Part shown: positions 1 to 10,180 of the stretch, piece after piece
How the letters are laid out: every line of letters begins with the position of its first letter
Position numbering within the stretch: position 1 is the stretch's first letter
Assembly: GCA_963817385.1 (NCBI GenBank)
Contig: CAWFOM010000007.1
Coordinates: 49,840 to 113,839, forward strand
Length of the DNA: 64,000 nucleotides
Source of the DNA: an uncultured delta proteobacterium
GTDB taxonomy: Bacteria; Desulfobacterota; Syntrophia; Syntrophales; UBA5619
Direction of reading: 5' to 3'
Position numbers and translations under genes: made by a program
Notes under the pieces: model-generated
Told to the model about the DNA's origin: nothing
What the model saw: only the letters and a program-made list of their open reading frames with translations
Database searches by the model: none

Positions 1-699
1 CTTCGGCGGATGATCGGGCTCATCAAGGAAAAACGCAGCAACCAGAAATGGACCGAGCGCGCACAAGAGCTGCTGCTCGAATGGCGCAAAGAGGTGGAAC
101 CCCAGTGCCGGTCGGCGGCCAAACCGATTCGAACGGAAAGGCTGTGCCGGGAGATCGGTGATGCGTTTCCCGCCGACGGGATACTGGTGTCCGACACCGG
201 TTTCGCCGGAATCTGGACGGGCGCCATGGTTAACTTCAACGATCCCGGCCAGAGTTATATCCGGGCAGCCGGTTCTCTCGGCTGGGCATTTCCGGCTGCG
301 ATTGGCGCCAAATGCGGGGCTCCCGACAGACCGGTGGTCTGTTTCATCGGTGACGGCGGGTTCTATTACCACTTGACCGAGCTTGAGACCGCCAGCCGCT
401 GCGGAATCAATGTGGTGACCGTAATCAACAACAACCAATTCCTGAGACAGTGCGTCGATGGGATCAACCAGGCCTACGGCGACAGGCCGGGAAACCGCGA
501 CGAGCAGTGCAAATTTTCTAAAACCGACTTCGCAAAGATCGCCGAGGATATGGGTTGCGTCGGGATCAGGGTGGAAAATCCCGAGGATATCGCCGGGGCT
601 TTCAAAAAGGCCTTGTCTCTGAACAAGCCGGTGGTGGTGGATGTGGTCACCGATCCCGCATGCAGGGCCCCGGGCCCCTGGACGCCGCCCGTCAAATAA
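1..699 (+). CDS. Thiamine pyrophosphate-binding enzyme (acetolactate synthase-like), C-terminal part; 5' end outside window
   Basis: GSLGWAFPAAIGA and TPP motif GDGG...NN (FIGDGGFYY...VINNN). Confidence 0.85.
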   Translation, partial: LRRMIGLIKEKRSNQKWTERAQELLLEWRKEVEPQCRSAAKPIRTERLCREIGDAFPADGILVSDTGFAGIWTGAMVNFNDPGQSYIRAAGSLGWAFPAAIGAKCGAPDRPVVCFIGDGGFYYHLTELETASRCGINVVTVINNNQFLRQCVDGINQAYGDRPGNRDEQCKFSKTDFAKIAEDMGCVGIRVENPEDIAGAFKKALSLNKPVVVDVVTDPACRAPGPWTPPVK

Positions 700-825
700 C
701 GACAGCCGAGAAATGAGGAATCCAGAACGATATGCGGCGCTTTGTTTTTATCCTTCGTGCACAAATCGTACAAATCAGGGATAGCATGAACGATCCGATA
801 AAGAGAGAAAGGAGGATTTTCAGGA

Positions 826-1275
826 GTGATGAAAACGAGAAGAGTGGTTACCGGTCACAATAAGGACGGGCGAAGTGTGGTCAAATGGGATTCCGAACTG
901 GAAAGCAAGCCGGGCAGGGAACGCTTTGAAAAAGTCGACTTATGGGCGACGGACAGTCTGCCGGCACACCTGACCGAAGACGATCCAACCCAATGGAATC
1001 TGGGGACCAGCCTGGCGAATGGATCCGTATTCCGCCTCTGCCGCTATGAACCGGGAGTTGCCGAGCGCTGGCATCGAACCGACTCGCTCGATTACGCCAT
1101 TGTCCTTTCCGGAGAGCTGTGGATGCAGCTCGATGAGGGAGAGGTCCATTTGAAGGCCGGCGACATCGTTATCCAAAGGGGAACCATCCATAACTGGGTC
1201 AATCGGGGGACTCAGCCGTGTGTGATGGCTTTTATTTTAATCGCAACGGAAGGGGGCGCGTCGACGGGTTGGTAA
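826..1275 (+). CDS. Cupin domain protein
   Basis: RRVVTGH N-terminus, HRTDSLDY and GDIVIQRGTIHNW cupin motifs; AGGAGG upstream. Confidence 0.85.
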   Translation: MMKTRRVVTGHNKDGRSVVKWDSELESKPGRERFEKVDLWATDSLPAHLTEDDPTQWNLGTSLANGSVFRLCRYEPGVAERWHRTDSLDYAIVLSGELWMQLDEGEVHLKAGDIVIQRGTIHNWVNRGTQPCVMAFILIATEGGASTGW

Positions 1276-1382
1276 CAAGATCTTTGCATCCGCTTCAAGC
1301 CGACTTCGACCGATCATCTTGAAGCATTATTCCGCCAGCCGGATAAAAAATATCAGGCGGTCTTTCAGCAAGGAGACAGAGA

Positions 1383-2504
1383 GTGAAAATACAGGATGTG
1401 GCATCATTTCCAGTCAGTTGCCGATTGAGCAGGCCTTTTGCGAATAGTGCCGAGAGCCATCAGAGCCGATCCACCACCCTGGTCAAAATCACCACGGATG
1501 AAGGCGTCACCGGATGGGGTGAAGCGTATGGTCCGCCCTTGGGTATCAGCCGGTTCATCCAAACCTATCTGAAACCGAGGTTGATCGGCCAGGACCCGTT
1601 TCGTCTTGAGTATCTCTGGTTCAAGCTGCAAACTCACAAAGGGATTCCCAAAGGGGCTATGGGCGGTATCGACCTGGCGTTGTGGGATGTGAAAGCCCGG
1701 GCTTTGAACGTACCGGTCTATGAATTGTTGGGTGGCAGGAATACCCCGGTGATTACGCCGTATGCGACCGGTTTCTTCTTGAACGAGGATGACCCGGACT
1801 CAACAAAATATCTGGAGGCGGAGGTAGAGGAAGTACAAAGCAGAAAATTCCGCGCCCTGAAAATGAAAATAGGTTTCGGAAAGGACCGCGATATAAAGCG
1901 AATGAAACGGGTTCGCGAACTTGTGTCCGATGAGATCGATATGATGGTGGATGCCAATCAGGCCTACGATTTTATGACCTGCATGGAACTCGTTCCCACG
2001 TTGACGGATTTGAAAATCCGGTGGCTGGAAGAGCCCATGCCCTGGCAAAGCTTCGATGGGTATAAAGAGCTTCGGAAAAAGGTCTCTTTTGCCATTGCGG
2101 GTGGAGAAGCAGAGTCCGATTACCGGGGATTTGTCGAGGCGATCCGGGAACATGTCGTGGATGTCATCCAGCCTGATCTGGCCGCTTCCGGGGGACTTAC
2201 GAATTCCCGCCGCGTGGCCATCCTGGCCGAAGCCTTTCAGGTTGATTTCCAGCCTCACGTGTTTGGGACAATCCTGGCACTCCCCGCAGCTGTGCAACTG
2301 ATGGCCTCAGTAACGAATAACCAACCCTGGATGCTCTTTCCGCGTCCGGTATTGCTGGAATGGGACACAACCCCCAATCCGATGGCGACGGATTTACTGA
2401 AAAACCCCCTGCGGTTGACGGAAGGGCTGCTCCCGGTCCCCGAGGGGATCGGCATCGGGGTAGAGGTAAACGAAGAAGCGATAAAAAATTATCTGATAGA
2501 ATAA
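1383..2504 (+). CDS. Mandelate racemase/muconate lactonizing (enolase superfamily) enzyme
   Basis: GWGEA, DLALWD, KMKIG, MVDAN, WLEEP, GGE, QPD motifs. Confidence 0.9.
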   Translation: MKIQDVASFPVSCRLSRPFANSAESHQSRSTTLVKITTDEGVTGWGEAYGPPLGISRFIQTYLKPRLIGQDPFRLEYLWFKLQTHKGIPKGAMGGIDLALWDVKARALNVPVYELLGGRNTPVITPYATGFFLNEDDPDSTKYLEAEVEEVQSRKFRALKMKIGFGKDRDIKRMKRVRELVSDEIDMMVDANQAYDFMTCMELVPTLTDLKIRWLEEPMPWQSFDGYKELRKKVSFAIAGGEAESDYRGFVEAIREHVVDVIQPDLAASGGLTNSRRVAILAEAFQVDFQPHVFGTILALPAAVQLMASVTNNQPWMLFPRPVLLEWDTTPNPMATDLLKNPLRLTEGLLPVPEGIGIGVEVNEEAIKNYLIE

Positions 2505-2639
2505 TCGTCAACCAAATATACACCGGGATGCCCTTCCGCCGATTAGGCCCGACAACTTTGCTTGGCATGACGCCGGTCACTCTCGACTGGGCGCCCAAGG
2601 TCGCGTTTCCGTTTTTCTTATACCGCCGGGAGAATATCA

Positions 2640-4211
2640 ATGGACTATGACTATCTCGTCGTGGGCAGCGGCTTCGGCGGCGCCGTCTCGGCGCTGCGAT
2701 TGGCGGAGAAGGGATACCGAGTTGCCGTGCTGGAACAGGGCCGTCGTGTAAGCCGCGCCAACATGGAAGGGGCTGCCAAAAACATCAGACAGCTCTTCTG
2801 GCTCCCCTCGCTTGGATGGCAAGGGTTTTTCTCGCAAACCATCTTCCGGCATGTGGGCATCGTAGCCGGCATCGGCGTCGGCGGGGGCAGCCTGGTCTAC
2901 GCGGCGGTGCTCGTCGAACCTAAATCGGCCTTCTTTGCCGATCCGGTCTGGAGCAGACTGGGCGTCGATTGGGAAGTGGAACTGAGACCCCACTATGAGA
3001 CGGTCAAGCGAATGCTGGGCTGCACCGTCAACCCCTGCCTCGGCCAGATGGACGACTGGCTGAAACGCACTGCAGAGACAATGAACGCGGGAGACTCCTT
3101 CGGTCCGGTGCCGCTGGGTATCTATTTCGGCGAACCGGAAGTGACCCGGCCTGATCCATTCTTCAGCGGCCGGGGGCCGGAGCGGACCGGCTGCAAGCTG
3201 TGCGGCGAGTGCCTGACCGGCTGCCCCCACGGATCAAAAAACAGCCTGGATTTAAATTACCTCTATCTGGCGGAACGTCTCGGCGTCGAAATCATGCCGG
3301 AACGCAAGGTAACTCTCGTCAAGCCTCTGACGGGCGTCGGCTATCGAGTGGAGACGGTCAACTCGCTCAACGGGCAGGTCCATGCGCCCCTAACCGCAGA
3401 CAAGGTGATCCTCGCCGCAGGCGTCCTGGGCACCCTGACGCTGCTCTTTCGCTGCCGGGATGAATTCGGAACGCTTCCGGAAATCTCACCGCAACTGGGC
3501 CGGATGGCGCGAACAAACAGCGAAGCGATCGTCGCCATCCTGTCGCGCGATCCGACCGCCGATCTGGCCAAAGGGACGGCAATCTCTTCGGACTTTTACG
3601 CCGATCCCCACACCCACGTCACCCAGAATCGCTTTCCTGCCGGTTACACCTTCATGAAGTGGCAAGCCGGCCCCCTGGTGGACGATCTTCGGCCGAGGAT
3701 GCGGGCATTGAAAACGCTCTCCGCTTTCCTGCTGCATCCGTTGCGCTCGACCCTGTCGTGGCGCGCCGGCAACTGGCACAAGCGGATCAGCGTGCTGACC
3801 GTGATGCAGCATCTGGACAACCAGCTTGCCTTTCGCTACGGGAGGGGGCCGCTTTCGCTTTTCCGCAAATCCCTGCAATCCGTGACAATCCCCGGAAAAG
3901 GCGCGCCTGCCTACATACCCGTCGCAAACGCCGCCGCCCGCGCTTTTGCCCGTCACGCGGACGGCGAACCGGCCAACGTGTTGCTGGAGAGTCTGGCCAA
4001 CCTCTCCTTCACGGCCCATATTCTGGGTGGATGTCACATGGGCGGTTCACGCGAGACCGGTGTGATTGACGCGGCTCACCAGGTGTTCGGGTATCCTGGC
4101 CTGTACGTCGTGGATGGAGCGGCAGTTTCGGCAAACGTGGGCGTCAATCCGAGCTTGACTATCGCAGCCCTGGCCGAACGATGCATGAGTTTAATCCCGG
4201 CCAGACAATAA
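2640..4211 (+). CDS. GMC family FAD oxidoreductase (cholesterol oxidase-like)
   Basis: VVGSGFGGAVSALRL, GVGGGSLVY, CxxCGECxxGC, HILGGC, GVNPSLTI. Confidence 0.85.
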   Translation: MDYDYLVVGSGFGGAVSALRLAEKGYRVAVLEQGRRVSRANMEGAAKNIRQLFWLPSLGWQGFFSQTIFRHVGIVAGIGVGGGSLVYAAVLVEPKSAFFADPVWSRLGVDWEVELRPHYETVKRMLGCTVNPCLGQMDDWLKRTAETMNAGDSFGPVPLGIYFGEPEVTRPDPFFSGRGPERTGCKLCGECLTGCPHGSKNSLDLNYLYLAERLGVEIMPERKVTLVKPLTGVGYRVETVNSLNGQVHAPLTADKVILAAGVLGTLTLLFRCRDEFGTLPEISPQLGRMARTNSEAIVAILSRDPTADLAKGTAISSDFYADPHTHVTQNRFPAGYTFMKWQAGPLVDDLRPRMRALKTLSAFLLHPLRSTLSWRAGNWHKRISVLTVMQHLDNQLAFRYGRGPLSLFRKSLQSVTIPGKGAPAYIPVANAAARAFARHADGEPANVLLESLANLSFTAHILGGCHMGGSRETGVIDAAHQVFGYPGLYVVDGAAVSANVGVNPSLTIAALAERCMSLIPARQ

Positions 4212-4486
4212 GAGGGGAAAAGCTCATCCATTCCGCTGTGGGCTCAGGGAGAAAAAAGTCAAGAAGCCCTCCGGGCGACCCTCATGATTCGTCAACTCTG
4301 GCAACGCTACCCGGAGCCGAGGGGCGGGAAAGAGAAACAGTGGATCGAAGAATGTCTGGTGGCTTGTAAAAGATTTGATTTCAAAAAATGTTATCAGATC
4401 AAGCCACTCACATCCGCGGAGGGCAAATAAGAGTGCGCCCCCTTCGTCACCGATCCGTGACGAGCGGATGATTACCCGGCTCGCTG

Positions 4487-4708
4487 CTATGCGGGTACCG
4501 TCAATCCGATCTTTTTTAGCCTATACCGCTCCTTAGTCGTGGCCGAAACTATCTGGTAGCCGAGAACCACCCATGAGTTTTTATCAACAACTTCACCTTC
4601 AGACAAGACAAGAACCGGCTGCCCATAAGATGATGAATGTCGTGTTGTAATCTCCGCGCTAACCCTCTGCACCTTACCATCATGATTTCTAAAAGAAACG
4701 ATCATCAA
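4487..4708 (-). CDS. Small hypothetical protein
   Basis: 73-aa ORF with GGAGG SD and an upstream sigma54-type promoter. Confidence 0.55.
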   Translation of the reverse strand: MMIVSFRNHDGKVQRVSAEITTRHSSSYGQPVLVLSEGEVVDKNSWVVLGYQIVSATTKERYRLKKIGLTVPA

Positions 4709-4754
4709 ACGTTATCCTCCCTTATTAGGGTACAATTATTTCCGTATATTTGTA

Positions 4755-4771
4755 AGCACATGGGATGCCAA
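4755..4771 (-). promoter_or_regulatory. Putative sigma54 (-24/-12) promoter
   Basis: Minus strand TTGGCATCCCATGTGCT = TGGCA with GG-N10-GC spacing. Confidence 0.55.
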
Positions 4772-5038
4772 AAGTTGTCACACTAATCAACACCCTAAAT
4801 TCATGCAGTATATTATGAATGTAGCGAAGTCCGTACTGGCGATTTTGAAGGAATATCCGTGCACTATAGGCAAATAAATGTATGGTATTGCCCTCATCAC
4901 ATCGATACGAACCTTCGGGATTCAGAGAAATTATAGGACCCCGTGCAGCCTCAAGATATGGGGCATTCCGTGAGTTTGCTTTTTAATGTATCAAATATTT
5001 TGTCCGTTTTTAGGGGTCCCAGGTTTGCTGAGTACCGG

Positions 5039-5095
5039 TGTACTAAAAATTCTGTACTAAAAATTCTTGACATAAGGGTATACGGCTGATATCCG
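5039..5095 (+). promoter_or_regulatory. Sigma70-type promoter preceded by a 14-bp tandem repeat
   Basis: TGTACTAAAAATTC x2 (5039-5066), then TTGACA-17 nt-TATCCG. Confidence 0.45.
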
Positions 5096-5196
5096 CTTAA
5101 GGCTTCAATACCGGCCGTAAAATTACGGAGGTTGGTATCGAGTTCTAAGACGAGCTGACGTACCATTACAACTGACAAAAAGAACGGGGAAAACAC

Positions 5197-6561
5197 ATGG
5201 GAACACAAGCCAACGTGATGACATGTCTAAAACAGTATATGGCCCAAATGCACACCGTGGAGCTTCCGCCCCAGGTGCTCCAGAAGGCAAAGCACCATAT
5301 CCTTGACACCCTTGCCGCCATGATCTCCGGATCGCAGCTTAAACCTGGGCGCTTTGCCATCACCTACGCAGAGCAACAGGGGGGTCCGCCCGAGTCACAG
5401 GTGGTGGGCAGCCGGGTTCGTGTCTCGGCAATAAACGCTGCCCTGGCAAATGGGATGCTGGCGCACTCCGATGAAACCGACGACAACCACCCCGTAGGGG
5501 GCATCCATCCGGGTTGCTCTGTGGTCCCTGCCGCCCTGGCCGTAGCGGAGCGGGAGGATGCTAGCGGGGCGGACTTCATTCGGGCGGTGGTCCTGGGCTA
5601 TGATATCGGTTGTCGGACGATCAGGGCTCTTGGGGGTAGTTTGCCCCTCAGGGCCAGGAATCACCTCCCGTTCAGCATCGGCGGGACTATGGGGGCTACG
5701 GCGGCCGCGGGAAGTCTTGCAGGGCTGAGGAAGGAGCAGTTTCCGTATCTGTTCTCCTTCGGCGTGCAGCAGGCATCCGGTGTGATGACCTACGCCCGGG
5801 ACACCGAGCACATAGAGAAGGCCTTCATTTTCGGTGGCATGCCCGCCCGCAATGGCGTGACAGCCGCCACAATGGTAAAGAACGGGTTCACCGGCGTCAC
5901 TGACGTCTTCAGCGGGGACGGCAACTTTTTCGTCGCTTACTCCGACAAGCCCAATCCTGAGGAACTGGTTGCTGAGCTGGGATCCCGCTACGAAGTGATG
6001 GTTGCCAACATCAAGAAGTACTGCATAGGGGGGCCCATTCAATTACCCCTGGAAGGTTTGATGCTGATTATGGAGGAGCACCACATCGGGGCCCGGGAGA
6101 TCGAAGAGATTGTCGTCCACCTTGAGAAGAGCTTCGCCCATACGATAAACGACCGGGAGATGCCGGATATAAACCTCCAATATGTTTTTGCCGTCACCCT
6201 TCTTGACGGGAAACTTACCTTCGAGGCTGCCCACTCCTTTGAAAGGATGAAGGATCCCGTTGTGATGGACTTGAAGTCACGGGTCAAGATTATTGCCGAC
6301 CCGGAATTGAGCCGCATACTTCCCGCACGCCATGCCATTTTAGAGGTGGTCAACAAGGACGGGCGAAAAATCGAAAAACGGGTCACAACCTTCCGCGGCA
6401 ATTCAGATAATCCGCTGTCCACCGAAGAGGTTGAGAAGAAGGCAGGGGATCTCATTGAGCCCATATTGGGAACTCAGCGGTCTCGAAAGCTGATGGACAC
6501 GATCTTCCACTTGGAGAGACTCACCAGTATCCGGGAACTGCAACCAATGCTGCAGCGATAG
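5197..6561 (+). CDS. MmgE/PrpD family protein
   Basis: AALANGMLAHSDETDD, HPGCSVVPAALA, ARNGVTAA motifs. Confidence 0.9.
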   Translation: MGTQANVMTCLKQYMAQMHTVELPPQVLQKAKHHILDTLAAMISGSQLKPGRFAITYAEQQGGPPESQVVGSRVRVSAINAALANGMLAHSDETDDNHPVGGIHPGCSVVPAALAVAEREDASGADFIRAVVLGYDIGCRTIRALGGSLPLRARNHLPFSIGGTMGATAAAGSLAGLRKEQFPYLFSFGVQQASGVMTYARDTEHIEKAFIFGGMPARNGVTAATMVKNGFTGVTDVFSGDGNFFVAYSDKPNPEELVAELGSRYEVMVANIKKYCIGGPIQLPLEGLMLIMEEHHIGAREIEEIVVHLEKSFAHTINDREMPDINLQYVFAVTLLDGKLTFEAAHSFERMKDPVVMDLKSRVKIIADPELSRILPARHAILEVVNKDGRKIEKRVTTFRGNSDNPLSTEEVEKKAGDLIEPILGTQRSRKLMDTIFHLERLTSIRELQPMLQR

Positions 6562-6724
6562 TGTGATCAGCCGTCATTCGAGAACACTGAGGATTGAAAC
6601 TGCTCTTTTAAAGTTTTGTTCACCATCCATGTTGGTCCACGTTAAGGTGTGGGTCTTCGCCGCCGCTCCCCACGCTTGAATGAGGCGGGGGATAAGCCAA
6701 AATTGAACAGAAGGAGGGATAATT

Positions 6725-7714
6725 ATGAAAATCATTACCAAATCCAGATTGTTGATTGTGGTCGGGCTGTTGTTTTTTCTTGGAATCGGGGCCGCCTATG
6801 GAGCGTCGGATTTCCCCAGAAAAGCCGTCACCATCGTGTGCCACACCGGCGCCGGCGCAGGCATGGACCTCTTAGCCAGGGCCATCGCAGCAATGAATGA
6901 CAAGTACAAACTCTTACCCCAACCGATGTCGGTGGAGAACAAGCCGGGCGGCAGCGGTGCCGTAGCAATGGCCTATGTAGCGGGCAAGAAGAAAGATCCC
7001 TACAACCTCATAACGATTGTGGCTGGGCCGTTTATCCAGACGCCCGTGGTAGAGGGATTGTCGGTGACTTACCGGGATTTCACGCCCATCGTCGGATTAC
7101 TGTATGAAGAGGTGGCATTAGTGGTCAACGCCAATTCTAAGTTTAAAACCTTGCGGGATCTGGTGGATGCCGCCAAGGCCAGTCCCGATACGATCGTAGC
7201 AGGCGGCCCCAATAAATCCAGTCAACTCTTCTTCTGCTTTTACGATTTGGAGAAAGCAGCAGGGGTCAAGATGAAGTACGTCACCTTTGCTGGTGGTGGA
7301 CAAGCACTGGTAGCGAATCTGGGCGGTCATGTAGATTTTTCCTTGCAGCAACCTTCCGAGGTCTCGGAGTTAAGAAAGGCCGGTAAGGTTCGCGTTTTGG
7401 GAATTTTCTCGGAGAAACGCATTCCCGGACTCCCCGATGTTCCCACGGTTAAGGAGCAGGGTTTTAATGTCGTCGCCCCACCAACGATGCGGGGCTTTGC
7501 CGCCCCGAAAGACATTCCCGCGGATGCCCGCAAAATCTTAGAAGAGGCATTCATGAAGGCTACCAAGACCGAAGAATATAAGAAATTTGTCAGTGACATG
7601 TTCAGCGTCGAACATATTATGGATGGCGAAACGTTTGGCAAGTGGCTGGCTCAAGAGGAAGTCCGCTTTCAGAGTGACCTTGACAGAACTGGCTTTCCCT
7701 ATAAGAAGAAATAG
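6725..7714 (+). CDS. tctC: Tripartite tricarboxylate transporter substrate-binding protein (Bug/TctC)
   Basis: Signal peptide, VENKPGGSGA, LGGHVD, PDVPTVKEQG. Confidence 0.9.
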   Translation: MKIITKSRLLIVVGLLFFLGIGAAYGASDFPRKAVTIVCHTGAGAGMDLLARAIAAMNDKYKLLPQPMSVENKPGGSGAVAMAYVAGKKKDPYNLITIVAGPFIQTPVVEGLSVTYRDFTPIVGLLYEEVALVVNANSKFKTLRDLVDAAKASPDTIVAGGPNKSSQLFFCFYDLEKAAGVKMKYVTFAGGGQALVANLGGHVDFSLQQPSEVSELRKAGKVRVLGIFSEKRIPGLPDVPTVKEQGFNVVAPPTMRGFAAPKDIPADARKILEEAFMKATKTEEYKKFVSDMFSVEHIMDGETFGKWLAQEEVRFQSDLDRTGFPYKKK

Positions 7715-7731
7715 AGAAAAATATAGCGTCA

Positions 7732-7768
7732 GCGCCGGGTGGCAGGGCCTTGCCTCGCCACCCGGCGC
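7732..7768 (+). other. GC-rich intercistronic stem-loop after tctC
   Basis: GCGCCGGGTGGC...GCCACCCGGCGC 12-bp stem, no U-tract. Confidence 0.6.
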
Positions 7769-7802
7769 AATGCGTACCGAAATTGAAAAGAAAGAGGGTA
7801 CG

Positions 7803-8267
7803 ATGAAAAGACATGATCGAATGATCGGCATTATCTTGTTGATCTTCTCTGGACTAATCATTTTCGAGACGTTGAGAATCCCGACGCGCCCCCAGACAAG
7901 TTTTGAACCCGGGCCGACGTTCCTTCCCTTCTGGGTGGGGGTGACCATTGCGATTCTTTCCATCCTTTTGATTGTCTACGCTTCTCGTCTTCCAGCCGAA
8001 CCTCACAGTCAGACAATCTTTCCGGACGGACGGGGACTCATAAACGTCGGGCTCCTCGTGGCAACGTTGATTGCTTATACCGCCCTGCTTGATATTCTCG
8101 GGTATATCGTCTGCACCGTATCCGCTAATATTTTCCTGATGCGTTTTGTAATGCAGGCGAAATGGAAATTTACCCTGTGGGAATCGGTGCTCGTAACATT
8201 TTTGCTTACCGTGTCATTCGGGTACCTGATGGAGGGCGGCCTTCCCAAGAATATATTTGGATTCTAG
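7803..8267 (+). CDS. tctB: Tripartite tricarboxylate transporter TctB
   Basis: Small multi-TM protein with PGP motif between tctC and tctA. Confidence 0.8.
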   Translation: MKRHDRMIGIILLIFSGLIIFETLRIPTRPQTSFEPGPTFLPFWVGVTIAILSILLIVYASRLPAEPHSQTIFPDGRGLINVGLLVATLIAYTALLDILGYIVCTVSANIFLMRFVMQAKWKFTLWESVLVTFLLTVSFGYLMEGGLPKNIFGF

Positions 8268-8346
8268 TGACTCTAGCAGGCGTCAGAAAAATCATGTAAT
8301 GGAGTGCACTGCCAGGATAACTGCGGATAATTAGAGGGATAATATT

Positions 8347-9873
8347 ATGAGCGTATTGGATAGTGTATTATTAGGTTTCCAGGTAGCCATGACCCCCGAA
8401 AACTTGTTCTTCTGCTTCCTTGGCTGCCTGTTCGGTACGTTTATCGGCGTATTGCCGGGGATTGGGCCGAGCGCAGGGATATCGGTACTTCTGCCCCTCA
8501 CTTTGGGTTTGTCTCCGACTACGGCGCTCATCACATTGAGCGCCATTTATTATGGGGTTATGTATGGGGGAACTACCACGTCGGTTCTCCTCAACATCCC
8601 GGGCGAAGCGTCTTCGGTAGTCACCTGCCTTGATGGTCATCAGTTGGCCCGTCAGGGTCGCGCTGCGCCTGTTCTGGGAATGGCCGCCTTCGCGTCGTTC
8701 ATAGCAGGCACCTTTGGCATCATCATGCTCACCGTCCTGGCGACACCGATCGTCAATGCCGCCTTGGCTTTTGGGCCGCCGGAATATTTTGCTGTCTGTT
8801 TATTGGGATTAACTTTAGTGTCCAGCCTGGGTGGTGAGTCTTTGATAAAGGGGTTCTTATCTGGTGCGTTTGGACTATTCTTTGCCTGTATTGGTACGGA
8901 TGTGTATAGCGGCGCACCTCGATTCACCTATGGCCAGATTTACCTTATCGATGGAATCGGTCTTATCAACATGGCGGTCGGCCTCTTTGCATTGTCCGAA
9001 GTAATGATCAATGTGGAGAAAATCGGGGTGCAGGTCTTCGCCCAGTTCAAGGTAAGGATCAGGGATGTGTTACCAACTCTTCAAGATTGGAAGGATTCCG
9101 CAGGAGCTATTGGACGGGGCACCATACTTGGTTTCTTTATTGGCGTGCTTCCGGGGGCAGGAGCGATCATCGCTTCGTTTCTCGCCTACGGTATAGAGAA
9201 AAAGGTCAGCAAACACCCCGAGAAATTCGGTACCGGAGTTATGGAAGGAGTTGCCGCGCCGGAGTCCGCCAACAACGCCGCCGCACAGGGTGCATTCGTC
9301 CCCTTGCTCACTCTGGGACTCCCCGGTTCTCCAACGACCGCCATACTCCTGGGAGCCCTGATAATCCATGGAATCCAGCCGGGGCCTTTTCTGATAGGGT
9401 CCCATCCCGACCTCTTTTGGGGATTGATCGCCAGCATGTACATAGGCAATGTGATGTTGGTTATTCTGAACTTGCCTTTGGTCTCTATATGGACGAGCTT
9501 GTTGAAAGTCCCTTACGCCGCCATTATGCCGCTTATCGTCTTGCTATCTTGCGTGGGCATCTATGCGACGGAAAATAACACCTTTGACTTGTGGATGATG
9601 ATTTTCTTTGGCATCATCGGCTACCTCGGGCGTAAGTTTGATTACCCTCTTGCACCAATGATATTGGCTATGGTGCTCGGTCCCCTCTTGGAATCAACTC
9701 TGCAGCAATCACTGGTTCTGTCGGGCGGTAGTCTGTCCATCTTTTTTACCCGTCCTATTAGTGCTTCGGTGATGCTCCTGGCACTGTTTTCTGCATTTGC
9801 TCCTTTCTTAATGAAACGGTTTAGAAAAAAAGAACTTAGAGAGGCGATTGTGGAAGGACAAAATGACTTATAA
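8347..9873 (+). CDS. tctA: Tripartite tricarboxylate transporter permease TctA
   Basis: GVLPGIG, YGG..TSVLLNIPG, EGVAAPESANNA, PLLTLGLPG. Confidence 0.95.
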   Translation: MSVLDSVLLGFQVAMTPENLFFCFLGCLFGTFIGVLPGIGPSAGISVLLPLTLGLSPTTALITLSAIYYGVMYGGTTTSVLLNIPGEASSVVTCLDGHQLARQGRAAPVLGMAAFASFIAGTFGIIMLTVLATPIVNAALAFGPPEYFAVCLLGLTLVSSLGGESLIKGFLSGAFGLFFACIGTDVYSGAPRFTYGQIYLIDGIGLINMAVGLFALSEVMINVEKIGVQVFAQFKVRIRDVLPTLQDWKDSAGAIGRGTILGFFIGVLPGAGAIIASFLAYGIEKKVSKHPEKFGTGVMEGVAAPESANNAAAQGAFVPLLTLGLPGSPTTAILLGALIIHGIQPGPFLIGSHPDLFWGLIASMYIGNVMLVILNLPLVSIWTSLLKVPYAAIMPLIVLLSCVGIYATENNTFDLWMMIFFGIIGYLGRKFDYPLAPMILAMVLGPLLESTLQQSLVLSGGSLSIFFTRPISASVMLLALFSAFAPFLMKRFRKKELREAIVEGQNDL

Positions 9874-10173
9874 TTGACCTACGAATACACAGAGGAGTAT
9901 GATGTTGGTGCAAAATTTGGATTACTGAATGTTGGGGAAAATGAAGATAATGATGGTGATTTACCAAGCGATGATTTTATGTGTTCAAGGTGGGAAGAAA
10001 AATTAGAGAACGGGCGGCACCAAATTTATTTAACCGAAGTTGAAGTCATTGACAACGTCTACGAAAATTTTGACCTCTTAAAAGCAACGGACGAAAAATC
10101 CGCGACCAAATCTTTGCCCATTCTTTGCCCAGAAAAACAAAAGGGAACTCCCAAAATCGGGAATTCCCTTTAA
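9874..10173 (+). pseudogene. AT-rich gene remnant with phage YopX-like C-terminal motif
   Basis: EVIDNVYENFDLLK resembles the YopX C-terminal EVIGNIYENPELL; no clear SD or start. Confidence 0.4.
10140..10171 (-). terminator. Hairpin terminator downstream of tRNA-Lys
   Basis: AAAGGGAACTCCC-6 nt loop-GGGAATTCCCTTT. Confidence 0.65.
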
Positions 10174-10180
10174 TTTCAAG

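Noticed and set aside
2505..2639. attC-like site before the GMC oxidoreductase
   Set aside because: No paired RYYYAAC/GTTRRRY boxes or convincing hairpin, and no integron integrase.
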